Under the pieces are notes generated by a model. That model worked only from the letters and a program-made list of their open reading frames with translations. It was not told the origin of the DNA and searched no databases. Made by a program: the position numbers and the translations under genes. From an uncultured bacterium (GTDB taxonomy: Bacteria; Armatimonadota; HRBIN16), in the NCBI GenBank assembly GCA_964579145.1, contig CAZOGB010000001.1:12573-76572 (forward strand): a DNA stretch of 64,000 nucleotides, in the 5' to 3' direction. This document shows, piece after piece, positions 46,971 through 57,082 of this stretch (positions are counted from its first letter, which is position 1; each line of letters starts with the position of its first letter).

Positions 46971-48632
46971 ATGCTGGTGGAGCTGGCGGTTGAACAGATT
47001 GCCATTATCGACCGGCTGAGCCTGCGATTTGAGCCGGGGTTAAACGTATTGACCGGCGAGACGGGCGCGGGCAAATCCATCCTGATTGACGCCCTCAGCC
47101 TCGCGCTGGGTGAGCGAGCGGAAGCGGAGATGCTACGCGCCGGCGCCGAACATGCGCAGGTCACCGCAGTGTTTGATGTGTCCTCCTCGCCGCAACTGCT
47201 GGTTCGTTTGCAGGAGCTGGGGGTTACTCCCGAAGACGGCCTGCTCTACCTCACGCGCGAGCTGTTTGCCGGAGGGCGGTCGCAGGCGCGGATTAACGGA
47301 CGACCGGTGCCGGTTGCCACGCTGAAGGCGGTGGGAGACCTGCTGGTAGACCTGCACGGACAGCACCAGCACCAGTCGCTGTTCAACCTGAGCGAGCAGA
47401 TGCGTTTTCTGGACGAGTGGTGTGGGCAGAAGGCGCTGGAGTTGAAGGGGGAGCTGGGCGAGTGCGTGCGCGAGATGCGTGCCCTGCAGAGGGAGCTGAG
47501 CAGTCTTCAGGCGGATGCTCGGGAACGTGCGCACCTGCTGGACCTGTACACCTTCCAGAAGCAGGAGATTGAACAGGCGCACCTGTCACCGGGCGAGGAG
47601 GAGGAACTGGTGGCGGAAGAGCGTCGCCTGGCGCACGCCGAGAAGCTGTTTGCCACCGCCGAGACCGCTTACGAACTGCTGGTGGCGGGTGAGCCTTCGG
47701 CGGTGGACCTGCTGGCGCAGGCGGTGCGCGCTCTGGAAGATGTTCTGACCGTTGACGCCGACCTTCAGCCGATGGTGGAGAACCTGCAGAACGCCCTGTA
47801 TGCCGTGCAGGATACCGCCAGCGGCCTGCGTTCCTATCGCGACCGGGTGGAGTTCAATCCCGAACGCCTGAACGAGGTGCAGGAGCGTCTGCATCTCATC
47901 CGCACGCTGAAGCGCAAATACGGCGACACGGTGGAGGCAGTGCTGGATTACCTGCGCGAGGTCACCGAAAAGATGGAGCGCCTGCAGGGTGGCGAGGAGC
48001 GTGCCGAGCAGATTGCACAGGAGCTGGCGCAAAAGGAAAGGCGAGCGCAGGAGCTGGCTGGTGAGCTGAGCAAACTGCGTCGCGAGGGAGCACGCCGGTT
48101 CGAGCAGGCGGTGGCGCAGGAGCTCAGCGAGCTGGCGATGCCGCGCGCCCGCTTCGAGGTAAGAATAACTCCCAAGCCGCTGGAGAGCGACGGTGCGGAT
48201 ATGGTGGAGTTTCTGATTGCGCCAAACCCGGGCGAGCCGCCCCGCCCCCTTTCAAAAATTGCCTCCGGTGGCGAGCTGTCGCGCGTGATGCTGGCGATTA
48301 AGAGCGTGCTGGCGGGCATTGAGGGCGTGCCCACGCTGGTGTTTGATGAGATCGATATCGGCATCGGCGGGCGTACGGCAGGCGTGGTGGGCGAAAAACT
48401 GCACGCCCTGAGCACCCAGCGCCAGATTCTGTGCATTACGCACCTGCCCCAGATTGCCAGCCGGGCACGCCTGCACCTGCTGATTGAAAAACGCGAATCC
48501 GAAGGGCGCACGGTCACGGCGGTTACCCCCATTGAAGGCGACGCGCGCGTGCGGGAAATCGCGCGAATGCTGGGCGATACCGGCGAGAGCGCCCTGCGCC
48601 ACGCCCGGGAAATGCTGGATTCGGTGCGGTAG
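46971..48632 (+). CDS. recN: DNA repair protein RecN
   Basis: LNVLTGETGAGKSILIDALSLALGERA, the coiled-coil middle and the C-terminal SMC-like signature are present. Confidence 0.95.
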   Translation: MLVELAVEQIAIIDRLSLRFEPGLNVLTGETGAGKSILIDALSLALGERAEAEMLRAGAEHAQVTAVFDVSSSPQLLVRLQELGVTPEDGLLYLTRELFAGGRSQARINGRPVPVATLKAVGDLLVDLHGQHQHQSLFNLSEQMRFLDEWCGQKALELKGELGECVREMRALQRELSSLQADARERAHLLDLYTFQKQEIEQAHLSPGEEEELVAEERRLAHAEKLFATAETAYELLVAGEPSAVDLLAQAVRALEDVLTVDADLQPMVENLQNALYAVQDTASGLRSYRDRVEFNPERLNEVQERLHLIRTLKRKYGDTVEAVLDYLREVTEKMERLQGGEERAEQIAQELAQKERRAQELAGELSKLRREGARRFEQAVAQELSELAMPRARFEVRITPKPLESDGADMVEFLIAPNPGEPPRPLSKIASGGELSRVMLAIKSVLAGIEGVPTLVFDEIDIGIGGRTAGVVGEKLHALSTQRQILCITHLPQIASRARLHLLIEKRESEGRTVTAVTPIEGDARVREIARMLGDTGESALRHAREMLDSVR

Positions 48633-48689
48633 CTCTACTTCGGGGTAACGGGAAGGAAAGCTGCGCTTTTTTCGTGTATACTTATAGCC

Positions 48690-49478
48690 GTGAGCATTAT
48701 GGGAACAGCAACCCTGCCTGTGCGAGAGAAGATACCGGCGGTTTCGGTTTTCGGGGTGCGCGTACACGCGGTCAGCATGGACGAAGCGGTACGCTACATC
48801 CTGCGTTTTGTGCAGGAAGGCGCGCCCCGCCAGGTGGTTACCGCCGACTCGAGCATGGTGATGATGGCGCAGAGCGATGAACATCTGCGCGAGATTATCA
48901 ATCGGGCGGACCTGGTCACGCCGGACAGTATCGGTATCCTGTGGGCGTGCCGACGACACAGAATTGCCATGCCCGAACGGGTGAGCGGCGTGGACATCGT
49001 ATCGCGGCTGGTTCAGGTCAGCGCACAGACGGGCTTGCGTCTCTACTTTCTGGGGGCACAGCCGGGCGTTGCCGAGCAGGCAGCGAAGCGACTGGAATCG
49101 CTCTATCCGGGCGTTCAGATTGTGGGGTATCACCACGGCTACTTCCCGCCGGAGGCAGAGGTAAGCATCGTGGAGCAAATCCGCGAGGCACGTCCCGATG
49201 TGCTGTGCGTAGCGCTGGGCATCCCCAGGCAGGAAAAGTGGATTGACCGTTATCGTCATGTGCTGGGCGTGCCGGTGAGTATCGGCGTTGGAGGAACGTT
49301 TGATGTGCTGTCAGGTCGGGTGCGGCGTGCGCCGCTGTGGATGCAGAGAATGGGCATTGAGTGGCTGTGGCGTGTGGCGCACAACCCGCGCAAGATTTCC
49401 AAAGTGATGCTGCTTCCACGATTCGCCTGGAAAGTGCTTATCAATCAACATGCAGTAGAGGTTGTACGCGATGAGTGA
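48690..49478 (+). CDS. WecB/TagA/CpsF family glycosyltransferase (UDP-ManNAc(A) transferase-like)
   Basis: The 262-aa ORF shows family-typical VVTADSSMVMMA...DLVTPDSIGILWA...GGTFDVLSGRVRRAP. Confidence 0.85.
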   Translation: MSIMGTATLPVREKIPAVSVFGVRVHAVSMDEAVRYILRFVQEGAPRQVVTADSSMVMMAQSDEHLREIINRADLVTPDSIGILWACRRHRIAMPERVSGVDIVSRLVQVSAQTGLRLYFLGAQPGVAEQAAKRLESLYPGVQIVGYHHGYFPPEAEVSIVEQIREARPDVLCVALGIPRQEKWIDRYRHVLGVPVSIGVGGTFDVLSGRVRRAPLWMQRMGIEWLWRVAHNPRKISKVMLLPRFAWKVLINQHAVEVVRDE

Positions 49479-49959
49479 CGAGATTATCCTCACGCGCGCA
49501 GGATACGAAAAACTCAAGCAGGAGCTGGAACACCTCAAGACCGTTGGACGTGCGCAGAGTGCCGAGCGCATTCGCCGGGCGCGCGCTCAGGGCGACCTGA
49601 GCGAGAACTTCGAGTATCACGAAGCGAAGCGTGCGCAGGCGATGCTGGAAGGACGCATCCGCGAGCTCCAGCGCATTCTGGAAATCGCGCAGGTAGTGGA
49701 CCATCTGCCCGGCGAGGACGGCGTGATTACGGTGGGCAGTGTGGTTACCGTTAAGGACCTGGAACACAGCGAAGAGTGGACGTTTCGGGTGGTCGACACC
49801 GCATCGGCAGCGGTGCTGGTACCCGAAGAAGAGATTGACCACGTTTCTGCGGCGTCGCCCATCGGTCAAGCCGTTGTGGGCAAGCAGGTGGGAGACATCG
49901 TGCAGGTGGAAACCCCAGAAGGAACGGTCGACTACGAGATACTCTCCATCCACACCTGA
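49471..49959 (+). CDS. greA: Transcription elongation factor GreA
   Basis: LTRAGYEKLKQELEHLKTV...GDLSENFEYHEAKRAQAMLEGRIRELQRIL matches the GreA signature. Confidence 0.95.
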   Translation: MSDEIILTRAGYEKLKQELEHLKTVGRAQSAERIRRARAQGDLSENFEYHEAKRAQAMLEGRIRELQRILEIAQVVDHLPGEDGVITVGSVVTVKDLEHSEEWTFRVVDTASAAVLVPEEEIDHVSAASPIGQAVVGKQVGDIVQVETPEGTVDYEILSIHT

Positions 49960-50052
49960 ACAGAGCATCCATATCTGGCATAATCCATATTGAGTATCCA
50001 TACAATCCTGCCCTGCCGAAAGGCAGGGCTTGGCATCGTCAGAGAGGACGGT

Positions 50053-51384
50053 ATGCAACTGAGCGTTATCGGTACGGGCTATGTGGGGCTTGTCACAGGC
50101 GCAGTGTTTGCGGACCTGGGCAACGAGGTCATTTGCGTGGACAAGGACGAGGCGAAAATCGCCGCCCTGCGCGAAGGTATCATGCCCATCTATGAGCCCG
50201 GGCTGGAGGAGATGGTGCGCCATAACGTGGGGGAAGGACGTCTCTCCTTCACCACAGATACCGAAGAGGCGGTGCGCCAGTCCGAGGTGGTCTTCATTGC
50301 GGTGGGTACGCCCAGTCTTCCCAACGGTCAGCCCGACCTGTCGCAGGTGGAGGACGCCTGCCGGCATATCGCCCGCGCGTTGAACGCTCCCAAAGTGATT
50401 GTCAACAAGAGCACCGTGCCGGTGGGTACGGGCGATGTGGTGCGGCGCTGGATTGAGCAGTACGCTCCGCCCGGCCATCCCGGTTTCGAGGTGGTGTCCA
50501 ACCCGGAGTTTCTGCGGGAAGGCTCCGCCATCTACGATACTTTGCATCCCGACCGCATTGTCATTGGCGCGGCAAGCCACAGCGCCGCCATGAAGCTGAT
50601 CGAGCTGTACGCTCCCTTAGAGCGACCGATGATTATTACCGACGTCAACTCCGCCGAGCTGATAAAGTACGCTTCCAACTGCTTCCTTGCCATGAAGATT
50701 TCGTACATCAACGCCATCGCCCGCATCTGCGACCTGAGCGGCGCGGACGTGACGCTGGTGGCAAAGGGCATGGGCTACGATAAACGCATTGGCGACCAGT
50801 TCCTTCAGGCGGGGCTTGGCTGGGGCGGAAGCTGCTTCCCAAAGGACGTCAGCGCGATGATTGCCACCGCCGAGTCGCTGGGTTACGATTTTGAACTGCT
50901 CAAAGCCGTTCAACGCATCAATGATGAACAGCCATTGTACTTCCTTTCCAGAATGCGCGACGCGCTGGGCGGGCTGAGCGGCAAACGCATCGCCGTGCTG
51001 GGGCTATCGTTCAAGCCCAACACCGACGACCTGCGCGAGGCGAAGTCCCTGCGGATTATCGCCGAACTGCTGGCTGAGGGCGCGGAAGTGCGCGCCTATG
51101 ACCCGATTGCCATGCCTAAAGCACGGGCGATTTTCCCTCAAATCACCTATTGTGAAAACGCCTACGATGCCGCGACGGGATGCGACGCGGTGGCGGTGGT
51201 AACCGAGTGGAACGAGTTCCGTCAGCTCAACCTGGAGCGACTGAGGCAGGCGATGCGTCAGCCGTTCCTGTTTGATGGGCGCAATATCTACGACCCAAAC
51301 AAAGTAAAACAGGTAGGCTTGCACTACTTCGGCATTGGGCGTTCGGCAAACGCAGTGCCGTTCGTCCGCTCTTCATCGCAGTGA
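50053..51384 (+). CDS. ugd: UDP-glucose 6-dehydrogenase
   Basis: MQLSVIGTGYVGLVTGAVFADLGNEVICVDKDEAKI...PIYEPGLEE and the catalytic GGSCFPKD motif are present. Confidence 0.9.
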   Translation: MQLSVIGTGYVGLVTGAVFADLGNEVICVDKDEAKIAALREGIMPIYEPGLEEMVRHNVGEGRLSFTTDTEEAVRQSEVVFIAVGTPSLPNGQPDLSQVEDACRHIARALNAPKVIVNKSTVPVGTGDVVRRWIEQYAPPGHPGFEVVSNPEFLREGSAIYDTLHPDRIVIGAASHSAAMKLIELYAPLERPMIITDVNSAELIKYASNCFLAMKISYINAIARICDLSGADVTLVAKGMGYDKRIGDQFLQAGLGWGGSCFPKDVSAMIATAESLGYDFELLKAVQRINDEQPLYFLSRMRDALGGLSGKRIAVLGLSFKPNTDDLREAKSLRIIAELLAEGAEVRAYDPIAMPKARAIFPQITYCENAYDAATGCDAVAVVTEWNEFRQLNLERLRQAMRQPFLFDGRNIYDPNKVKQVGLHYFGIGRSANAVPFVRSSSQ

Positions 51385-51406
51385 GTGCCTGAGAGGAGTA
51401 TTGGTT

Positions 51407-52309
51407 ATGACCTTCTTCAATCGTGAGCTGGTTCTGGGACGCAACCCGCACTACGATAAGGGCGTGCGCTTGCTGGACCAGGGGCTGTATCAGGAGGCTA
51501 TCGCCGAGTTCGAGCAGGTGGGCCCCTCCGACCCGGCGGTGTATCGTCTGGCACGGTTTCATCTCGGTCAGGCGTATGCCGAGCTGGGACTGCGCTACCT
51601 ACAGGGCGGGTTGCTGGAGCGCGCGGAAGCGGCTCTGCGTCACGCGATCGAGATACATCCGCGCTTTGCAGACCTGCATTGCAATCTGGGCATCGCGCTT
51701 CGTCAACAGGGGCGATACGAGGAGGCAGAGGAGGCTTTTGGGAAAGCGCTGGAGATTAACCCTCGCTTTGCCCTCGCCAAACTGCAGATGGGCATCTGCT
51801 ACCTCGAGCGCGGCGAGGTGAAGAAAGGCTGGCAATCGGTGCAGGAAGCGGTCGCCCTGGAGCCTCGCCTGCAAAACACCGCCTATCAGACCGCGCTGAA
51901 GATGCGGGAGGAAGGCAACCTGCAGGGAGCGTTAATTGCGCTGAACCAGATGCGAATTACCGAGGTGGAGGACATTCAGTTCCACACCCGCCTGGGCGAC
52001 GACCTGTACCGTCGCGGCATGTACGCCAAGGCAGCGGAGGAGTATCAAAAGGCGCTGAACATCAACGGCGCGTATCCAGACCTGTACAACCGCCTGGGTG
52101 TAGCACTGATGGCAAACGGTGACTACGCGGGCGCGGAGCAGGCGTTCCGCCGTGCTCTGGAGGTGAACCCCCGCTATGCCGAGGCGCAGGCGAACCTGGT
52201 GCTGGCACTGCGTGGTGCGGGAAGAGCGGCGGAAGCCGAGCAAGCGCTGATGCGCCTGGCGGAAATCGCTCCCGATAACCCTCTGCTGAAACCGCCACCC
52301 GGGCAATGA
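51407..52309 (+). CDS. TPR repeat protein
   Basis: Multiple TPR units are present. A GAGAGGAG RBS precedes the ATG at 51407. Confidence 0.75.
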   Translation: MTFFNRELVLGRNPHYDKGVRLLDQGLYQEAIAEFEQVGPSDPAVYRLARFHLGQAYAELGLRYLQGGLLERAEAALRHAIEIHPRFADLHCNLGIALRQQGRYEEAEEAFGKALEINPRFALAKLQMGICYLERGEVKKGWQSVQEAVALEPRLQNTAYQTALKMREEGNLQGALIALNQMRITEVEDIQFHTRLGDDLYRRGMYAKAAEEYQKALNINGAYPDLYNRLGVALMANGDYAGAEQAFRRALEVNPRYAEAQANLVLALRGAGRAAEAEQALMRLAEIAPDNPLLKPPPGQ

Positions 52310-53451
52310 GACCAGCACCTGACCTGCGATTTGAAATAACGGCGCGTGACCCGCGTTCTCATGCCCGCTGTGGCGTGCTGTACCTGCCGCATGGCGAGGT
52401 GGAAACCCCTGTCTTCATGCCTGTGGGCACGCAGGGAACCGTCAAAGCCATGACGCAGGAAGAACTGGAACGCCTGGACCTGCGTATTATCTTATGCAAC
52501 ACCTACCATCTGTACCTGCGCCCCGGACACGAGCAGGTGGCACAAGCGGGTGGTCTGCACCGCTTCATCGCGTGGCAGAGGAACATCCTCACCGATAGCG
52601 GTGGCTTTCAGGTGTTCAGCCTGCAGGGATTGCGGCGGGTGTATGAGGACGGAGTGGAGTTTCAGTCGCACATCGACGGCTCTTACCACTACTTCACTCC
52701 CGAGCGCGCCATCGAGGTGCAGCACGCGCTGGGCGCCGATATTATCATGGCGTTCGATGAATGTCCGCCCTATCCCTGTGAATGGGAACAGGCACGGCAG
52801 GCGATGGAGCGCACACATCGCTGGGCGGTACGCTGTCTGGAAGCGCATGATACCGCGCAGGCGTTATTCGGTATCGTGCAGGGCAGTGTGTATGAAGACC
52901 TGCGTGCACAGAGCGCGCGTTTTATCAGCGATCTGGGCTTTCCGGGAATCGCCATCGGCGGCGTGGCGGTGGGCGAGGAGAAGCGGGAGATACATCGCAT
53001 TGTGGCGTTCACCACGCCCCTTCTGCCCGAAGAGAAACCGCGCTACCTGATGGGCGTGGGCGAGCTGGACGATATCCTGCAGGCGGTGGCGAGTGGCGTG
53101 GATATGTTCGACTGTGTTGTACCCACCCGGATGGCGCGCAACGCTGCGATGATAACGCGGCGCGGGCGGGTGAACCTGCGCAATGCACGCTTCGCTGACG
53201 ATTTCGGTCCGGTGGACCCAGAGTGTGACTGTCCGGTGTGCCAGCGTTATTCAGCGGCGTACATCCGCCATCTGTTCAACGCGCGTGAGATACTGGCCGC
53301 ACGCCTGGCAACGTATCATAACCTTTACTTTTATCAGAAGTTTATGCGCGACATCCGTCAGGCGATTCGCGAAGGAAATCTGGAACAATTCACACGGGAG
53401 TTTCTTCAGGAATACATGCCGGAGGAAAGCCGGTTATCGAGAGAGGAGTGA
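52306..53451 (+). CDS. tgt: Queuine tRNA-ribosyltransferase
   Basis: FMPVGTQGTVKAM, LTDSGGFQVFSL and the Zn site CDCPVC are present. Confidence 0.95.
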   Translation: MRPAPDLRFEITARDPRSHARCGVLYLPHGEVETPVFMPVGTQGTVKAMTQEELERLDLRIILCNTYHLYLRPGHEQVAQAGGLHRFIAWQRNILTDSGGFQVFSLQGLRRVYEDGVEFQSHIDGSYHYFTPERAIEVQHALGADIIMAFDECPPYPCEWEQARQAMERTHRWAVRCLEAHDTAQALFGIVQGSVYEDLRAQSARFISDLGFPGIAIGGVAVGEEKREIHRIVAFTTPLLPEEKPRYLMGVGELDDILQAVASGVDMFDCVVPTRMARNAAMITRRGRVNLRNARFADDFGPVDPECDCPVCQRYSAAYIRHLFNAREILAARLATYHNLYFYQKFMRDIRQAIREGNLEQFTREFLQEYMPEESRLSREE

Positions 53452-53457
53452 AACAGA

Positions 53458-54132
53458 GTGATTACACTGCAACAGGTCACGCTGAAAGAGGTACGCAGCT
53501 ATCCCAAGGTGCGCGTTTACATAGACGCTGCGAACCAGCAGATGGCCGCGATTGGTTACACCGAACACGGACACCGCCATGCAGGTGTGGTCTCTTCGGT
53601 GACCCGCACGATATGCGAGTCGCTCGGCTACACGCCCCGCCAGACCGAACTCGCCGCTATCGCCGCCTACCTGCACGACATCGGCAATATGGTCAACCGC
53701 AACAATCACCCCGAGATCGGCGCGGTGATTGCCATGAACATTCTGGACGAGATGGGCATGGACCCGCGCGAGATTGCAGTCGTGGTAGCCGCCATCGGTA
53801 ATCATGAGGAGGGCAATGGCTTACCTATAGACTACGCTTCCGCTGCGGTGATTATCGCCGACAAGTCGGATGTGCATTACAGCAGGGTGCAAAATCCGCG
53901 CCCGGAGACCTACGACATCCACGACCGGGTGAACCATGCGGTTCAGCGTTCCAACCTGTACGTGGAACCCGATAAACGTATCATCCGGCTGGACCTGGAG
54001 ATCGACACTACCTTCGCCAGCGTCATGGAGTATTTTGAGATCTTCCTGACGCGCATGGTGATGTGTCGCAAAGCGGCGGAGATACTGGACTGTCGTTTCT
54101 GCCTGCGCGTGAACGGGGTGGATCTGGGGTAG
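53458..54132 (+). CDS. HD domain phosphohydrolase-like protein
   Basis: The GHRHAG...YLHDIGN HD motif is present across 224 aa. Confidence 0.7.
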   Translation: MITLQQVTLKEVRSYPKVRVYIDAANQQMAAIGYTEHGHRHAGVVSSVTRTICESLGYTPRQTELAAIAAYLHDIGNMVNRNNHPEIGAVIAMNILDEMGMDPREIAVVVAAIGNHEEGNGLPIDYASAAVIIADKSDVHYSRVQNPRPETYDIHDRVNHAVQRSNLYVEPDKRIIRLDLEIDTTFASVMEYFEIFLTRMVMCRKAAEILDCRFCLRVNGVDLG

Positions 54133-54159
54133 TATAAGTATAATAAGCTGAACAAGAAA

Positions 54160-54245
54160 TACGCACCTCTCCCCAACCCTCTCCGACACGGAGAGGGAGA
54201 AATCGCCACTCGCCTCGCAGGAGAGGGGCAGGGGGAGAGGTTAAT
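54160..54245 (+). repeat. GC-rich palindromic intergenic repeat (CCTCTCC/GGAGAGG family), copy 1
   Basis: A hairpin ccctctccg-acac-ggagaggg is followed by gaaatcgcc...ctcgcaggagaggggcagggggagagg. It aligns with 60870-60955. Confidence 0.5.
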
Positions 54246-54257
54246 CATATACTATCC

Positions 54258-55394
54258 ATGTATCTCACTCGCCTGCAGTTAAAAAACTTTCGAAACTACG
54301 AATGCCTGCATCTGGAGCCGGATGCGGGGCTGAACCTCATCACCGGCGAAAACGCCCAGGGCAAAACTAACCTGCTGGAAGCCATCTACCTGCTGGCAAC
54401 GGGCAGACCCCTGCGGGCGGGCAAGGAGGAGGAGCTCATCCGCTGGGGGGCAGAGGATGCCACTGTCTACGCCCATATCCACCGCGAACGGTCGCTGGAC
54501 GTGCAGGTACAGATTGACCTGTCGCGTAGCCAACCGCGGGTGGTTCGGGTAGATGGGCAGACCTACCGCGCCGCCCTGGCGCTGGGGCAGTTCAATGTGG
54601 TCGTTTTCAGCGCAATGGACCTGGAGATTGTGCGGGGACAGCCCGCCGACCGCCGCAGGTATCTGGACCTCGAAATCAGTATGCTCAGCCCCACCTATGT
54701 GCGTGCGCTGGCAGGCTACCGTCGTGCATTGGAACAGCGAAACCGCCTGCTGAAGAGCATCCGCGAGAGCGGCGGCGCGATAACGCCTTCCACCCTGGAA
54801 CTGCTGGAAGCGTGGGACGAGCAGCTGGTGCGCTATGGCAGCGGGGTGATGGTGGCAAGGGAGCGCTTTATCAGCGCTCTGCGCCCGCTGGCGCGACAAG
54901 CACATAACGAACTGTCGGAAGGGCGCGAGGAGCTGGATATCCGCTATGCGCCGTCTATTGAATGGGTATCCCCCGACCGCGAACAGGTGGCGGAGTGCTT
55001 TCGCCAGCATATCCAGAGGGTGCGCGAGGAGGAACTGCGCCGGGGAAGCACGTTGGTCGGTCCCCAGCGCGACGACCTTCTGCTGTTTGTGGATGGCAAG
55101 GAGGCGCGCACCTACGCCTCGCAGGGGCAACAGCGCACCGTGATGCTCAGCCTCAAGCGTGCCGAGTTCGAACTCACCCTGCAGGAGCGCCAGGAGCCGC
55201 CGATTGTGCTGCTGGACGATGTGATGTCTGACCTAGATGACCTGCGGCGCACGCAGTTGTTGCGTATGACCCTGCGCGGCGCGCAGGCGTTCATCACCGC
55301 TACCTCCGCCGAGACCTTCCCGCAGGAAGTCCTCACTGCTTCACGAATGTACCGGGTGCAGAACGGCCAGATACAGCTCGTGAGTCATTCATGA
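54258..55394 (+). CDS. recF: DNA replication and repair protein RecF
   Basis: LQLKNFRNY...ITGENAQGKTNLLEAIYLL (Walker A) and the C-terminal signature are present. Confidence 0.95.
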   Translation: MYLTRLQLKNFRNYECLHLEPDAGLNLITGENAQGKTNLLEAIYLLATGRPLRAGKEEELIRWGAEDATVYAHIHRERSLDVQVQIDLSRSQPRVVRVDGQTYRAALALGQFNVVVFSAMDLEIVRGQPADRRRYLDLEISMLSPTYVRALAGYRRALEQRNRLLKSIRESGGAITPSTLELLEAWDEQLVRYGSGVMVARERFISALRPLARQAHNELSEGREELDIRYAPSIEWVSPDREQVAECFRQHIQRVREEELRRGSTLVGPQRDDLLLFVDGKEARTYASQGQQRTVMLSLKRAEFELTLQERQEPPIVLLDDVMSDLDDLRRTQLLRMTLRGAQAFITATSAETFPQEVLTASRMYRVQNGQIQLVSHS

Positions 55395-55954
55395 GAAGCT
55401 TCGACCGATTACAGGACATCTTAGAAGAGGCGGTGGATGTGCTCGGTCTGCGCGAGCGGCTGAAAGCGTTTCGCGCCCTGCTGGACTGGGAACAGATAGT
55501 CGGCAAAACCGTTGCCGCCGCCGCGCAACCCGAAGCGTTGAAAGAGGGGAAGGTGTTTATCGCCGTCAAGAGCAATGCATGGATTCAGGAGCTGCGCTTC
55601 CAGCAGGAGACCATCCTTCAGCGGCTCAACGAACACGCAGGTGCTCCCATCTTTACTGAGCTGGTCTTTCGGGTAAAGCCTCGCTCTGGCAAATCATCGC
55701 AGGGTAAAGCCAGCGCCGAAGAGCCCGTGATTGTCGAGCCAGAGCTGGATGCCAGCACCATCGCCCGTCTGCACGCGCTGACCGAACCCATTGCCGATGC
55801 CGAGATGCGTGCCCAGCTGACCGAGTATCTCGTAGCGCTTCAACGGCTGATGCTGATACGCAAACAGATGGGCTGGCGCGAGTGTACGCGATGTGGCTGC
55901 CTGCACCCGGATGAGGAGTCAGAGTGTCCCTTCTGTCGCGGGGAGTTTACGTGA
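55391..55954 (+). CDS. DUF721 (DciA-like) domain protein with C-terminal zinc-ribbon
   Basis: There is an ATGA overlap with recF. The DUF721 core (WEQIVGKTVAAAAQPEALKEGKVFIAVKSNAWIQELRFQ) is present. The C-terminus carries CTRCGC...CPFC. Confidence 0.7.
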   Translation: MRSFDRLQDILEEAVDVLGLRERLKAFRALLDWEQIVGKTVAAAAQPEALKEGKVFIAVKSNAWIQELRFQQETILQRLNEHAGAPIFTELVFRVKPRSGKSSQGKASAEEPVIVEPELDASTIARLHALTEPIADAEMRAQLTEYLVALQRLMLIRKQMGWRECTRCGCLHPDEESECPFCRGEFT

Positions 55955-56989
55955 AGCGGCGCGCACGCGGGCATCCAGCCACCTCCAGAACCCTTCCGAA
56001 AGGCACACCTCAATGTCCAGCACGAAGATGGGGATATCCAGCGTCATCGCGGGCATCTCTTCCAGCTTCACCGCGTCCTTCTCGGTGGTTAATATCATCT
56101 CCGCTCCACTCTCCCGGGCGCGTCGCTGTATCTCCTGGACGTCGGCGGGGGTGTAGCGATGGTGGTCTGCCAGATTCCAGCTACCCACCACCTCGGCGCC
56201 TGCGCGTTTCAGCGTCTCCTCAAAGGAGCCGAAGCTAGCAATGCCCGCCACCGCAAACACCCGTCGCGCAAGTATCTGCTCCATGCCGTGCCTGCTGTGC
56301 CGGTCGTGCAGTGGGCGTACGCCCGCGGGAGCCTTCTGCCACGTGAAGACAGAGGTAAACGGAAAGCGGACGGTAATCTGCTGATGGCTGGCATCTTCGC
56401 CGTTCAACAGCAGGGCGTGGGCGCGTCGCAGGTTGGCCGGCGGTTCGCGCAGTCTGCCCGCAGGCAGTGTCCATCCGTTATCAAAAGGGCGTGTGGCCTC
56501 CAGCAGAACAAGGTCTACATCCCGGTGCAGCTGCCAGTACTGGAAACCGTCATCCAGCACCAGCAGGTCGCAGCCAAGCTGTTCAGTTGCCCGGCGTGCG
56601 CTCTTGCGCCGGTCCTTGCCCACCAGCACCGCCACTCCAGGCAGTTTGTGAGCGATGAGTAACGGCTCATCGCCTGCCTGTGCCGAGCTGGCGAGGATAT
56701 GCTCCCCATCCGACACCAGGCCCCCGGTATGGCTCATGGTACCGCCGTAGCCCCGGCTCAGCACAGCCACCCGAAACCCTTTGCGCTGAAAGTGGCGACA
56801 GATTGCTATCACCACAGGCGTTTTGCCCGTGCCCCCCATGCACAGGTTGCCCACCGAGATGACCACCCTTTGAGCACGAGCCTGCCAGGGCAGTCGCCAC
56901 CACAGATACAGCCGTAATCCTGCGCTGTACAGCAGGGAAAGAGGGACCAGTAGAGCCTGCCACCACTGAAGCCGCTCTCTGCCTGTCAT
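55919..56989 (-). CDS. lpxK: Tetraacyldisaccharide 4'-kinase
   Basis: VISVGNLCMGGTGKTPVVIAICRHF (P-loop) is present. The likely ATG is at 56989; the ORF track extends to 57169. Confidence 0.85.
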   Translation of the reverse strand: MTGRERLQWWQALLVPLSLLYSAGLRLYLWWRLPWQARAQRVVISVGNLCMGGTGKTPVVIAICRHFQRKGFRVAVLSRGYGGTMSHTGGLVSDGEHILASSAQAGDEPLLIAHKLPGVAVLVGKDRRKSARRATEQLGCDLLVLDDGFQYWQLHRDVDLVLLEATRPFDNGWTLPAGRLREPPANLRRAHALLLNGEDASHQQITVRFPFTSVFTWQKAPAGVRPLHDRHSRHGMEQILARRVFAVAGIASFGSFEETLKRAGAEVVGSWNLADHHRYTPADVQEIQRRARESGAEMILTTEKDAVKLEEMPAMTLDIPIFVLDIEVCLSEGFWRWLDARVRAASRKLPATEGTL

Positions 56990-57037
56990 GTCGCTCTCCG
57001 CTTCTCTCGTACCGCTCTGGTTACACGCATGACAAAA

Positions 57038-57046
57038 TGATATACT
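57038..57046 (+). promoter_or_regulatory. Extended -10 element (TGaTATACT) upstream of the small HisKA-domain gene
   Basis: The sequence tgatatact lies about 40 nt upstream of ATG 57083. Confidence 0.35.
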
Positions 57047-57082
57047 CTTATAAGAAGACAAATAGCTGATGGAGGTTCCACC

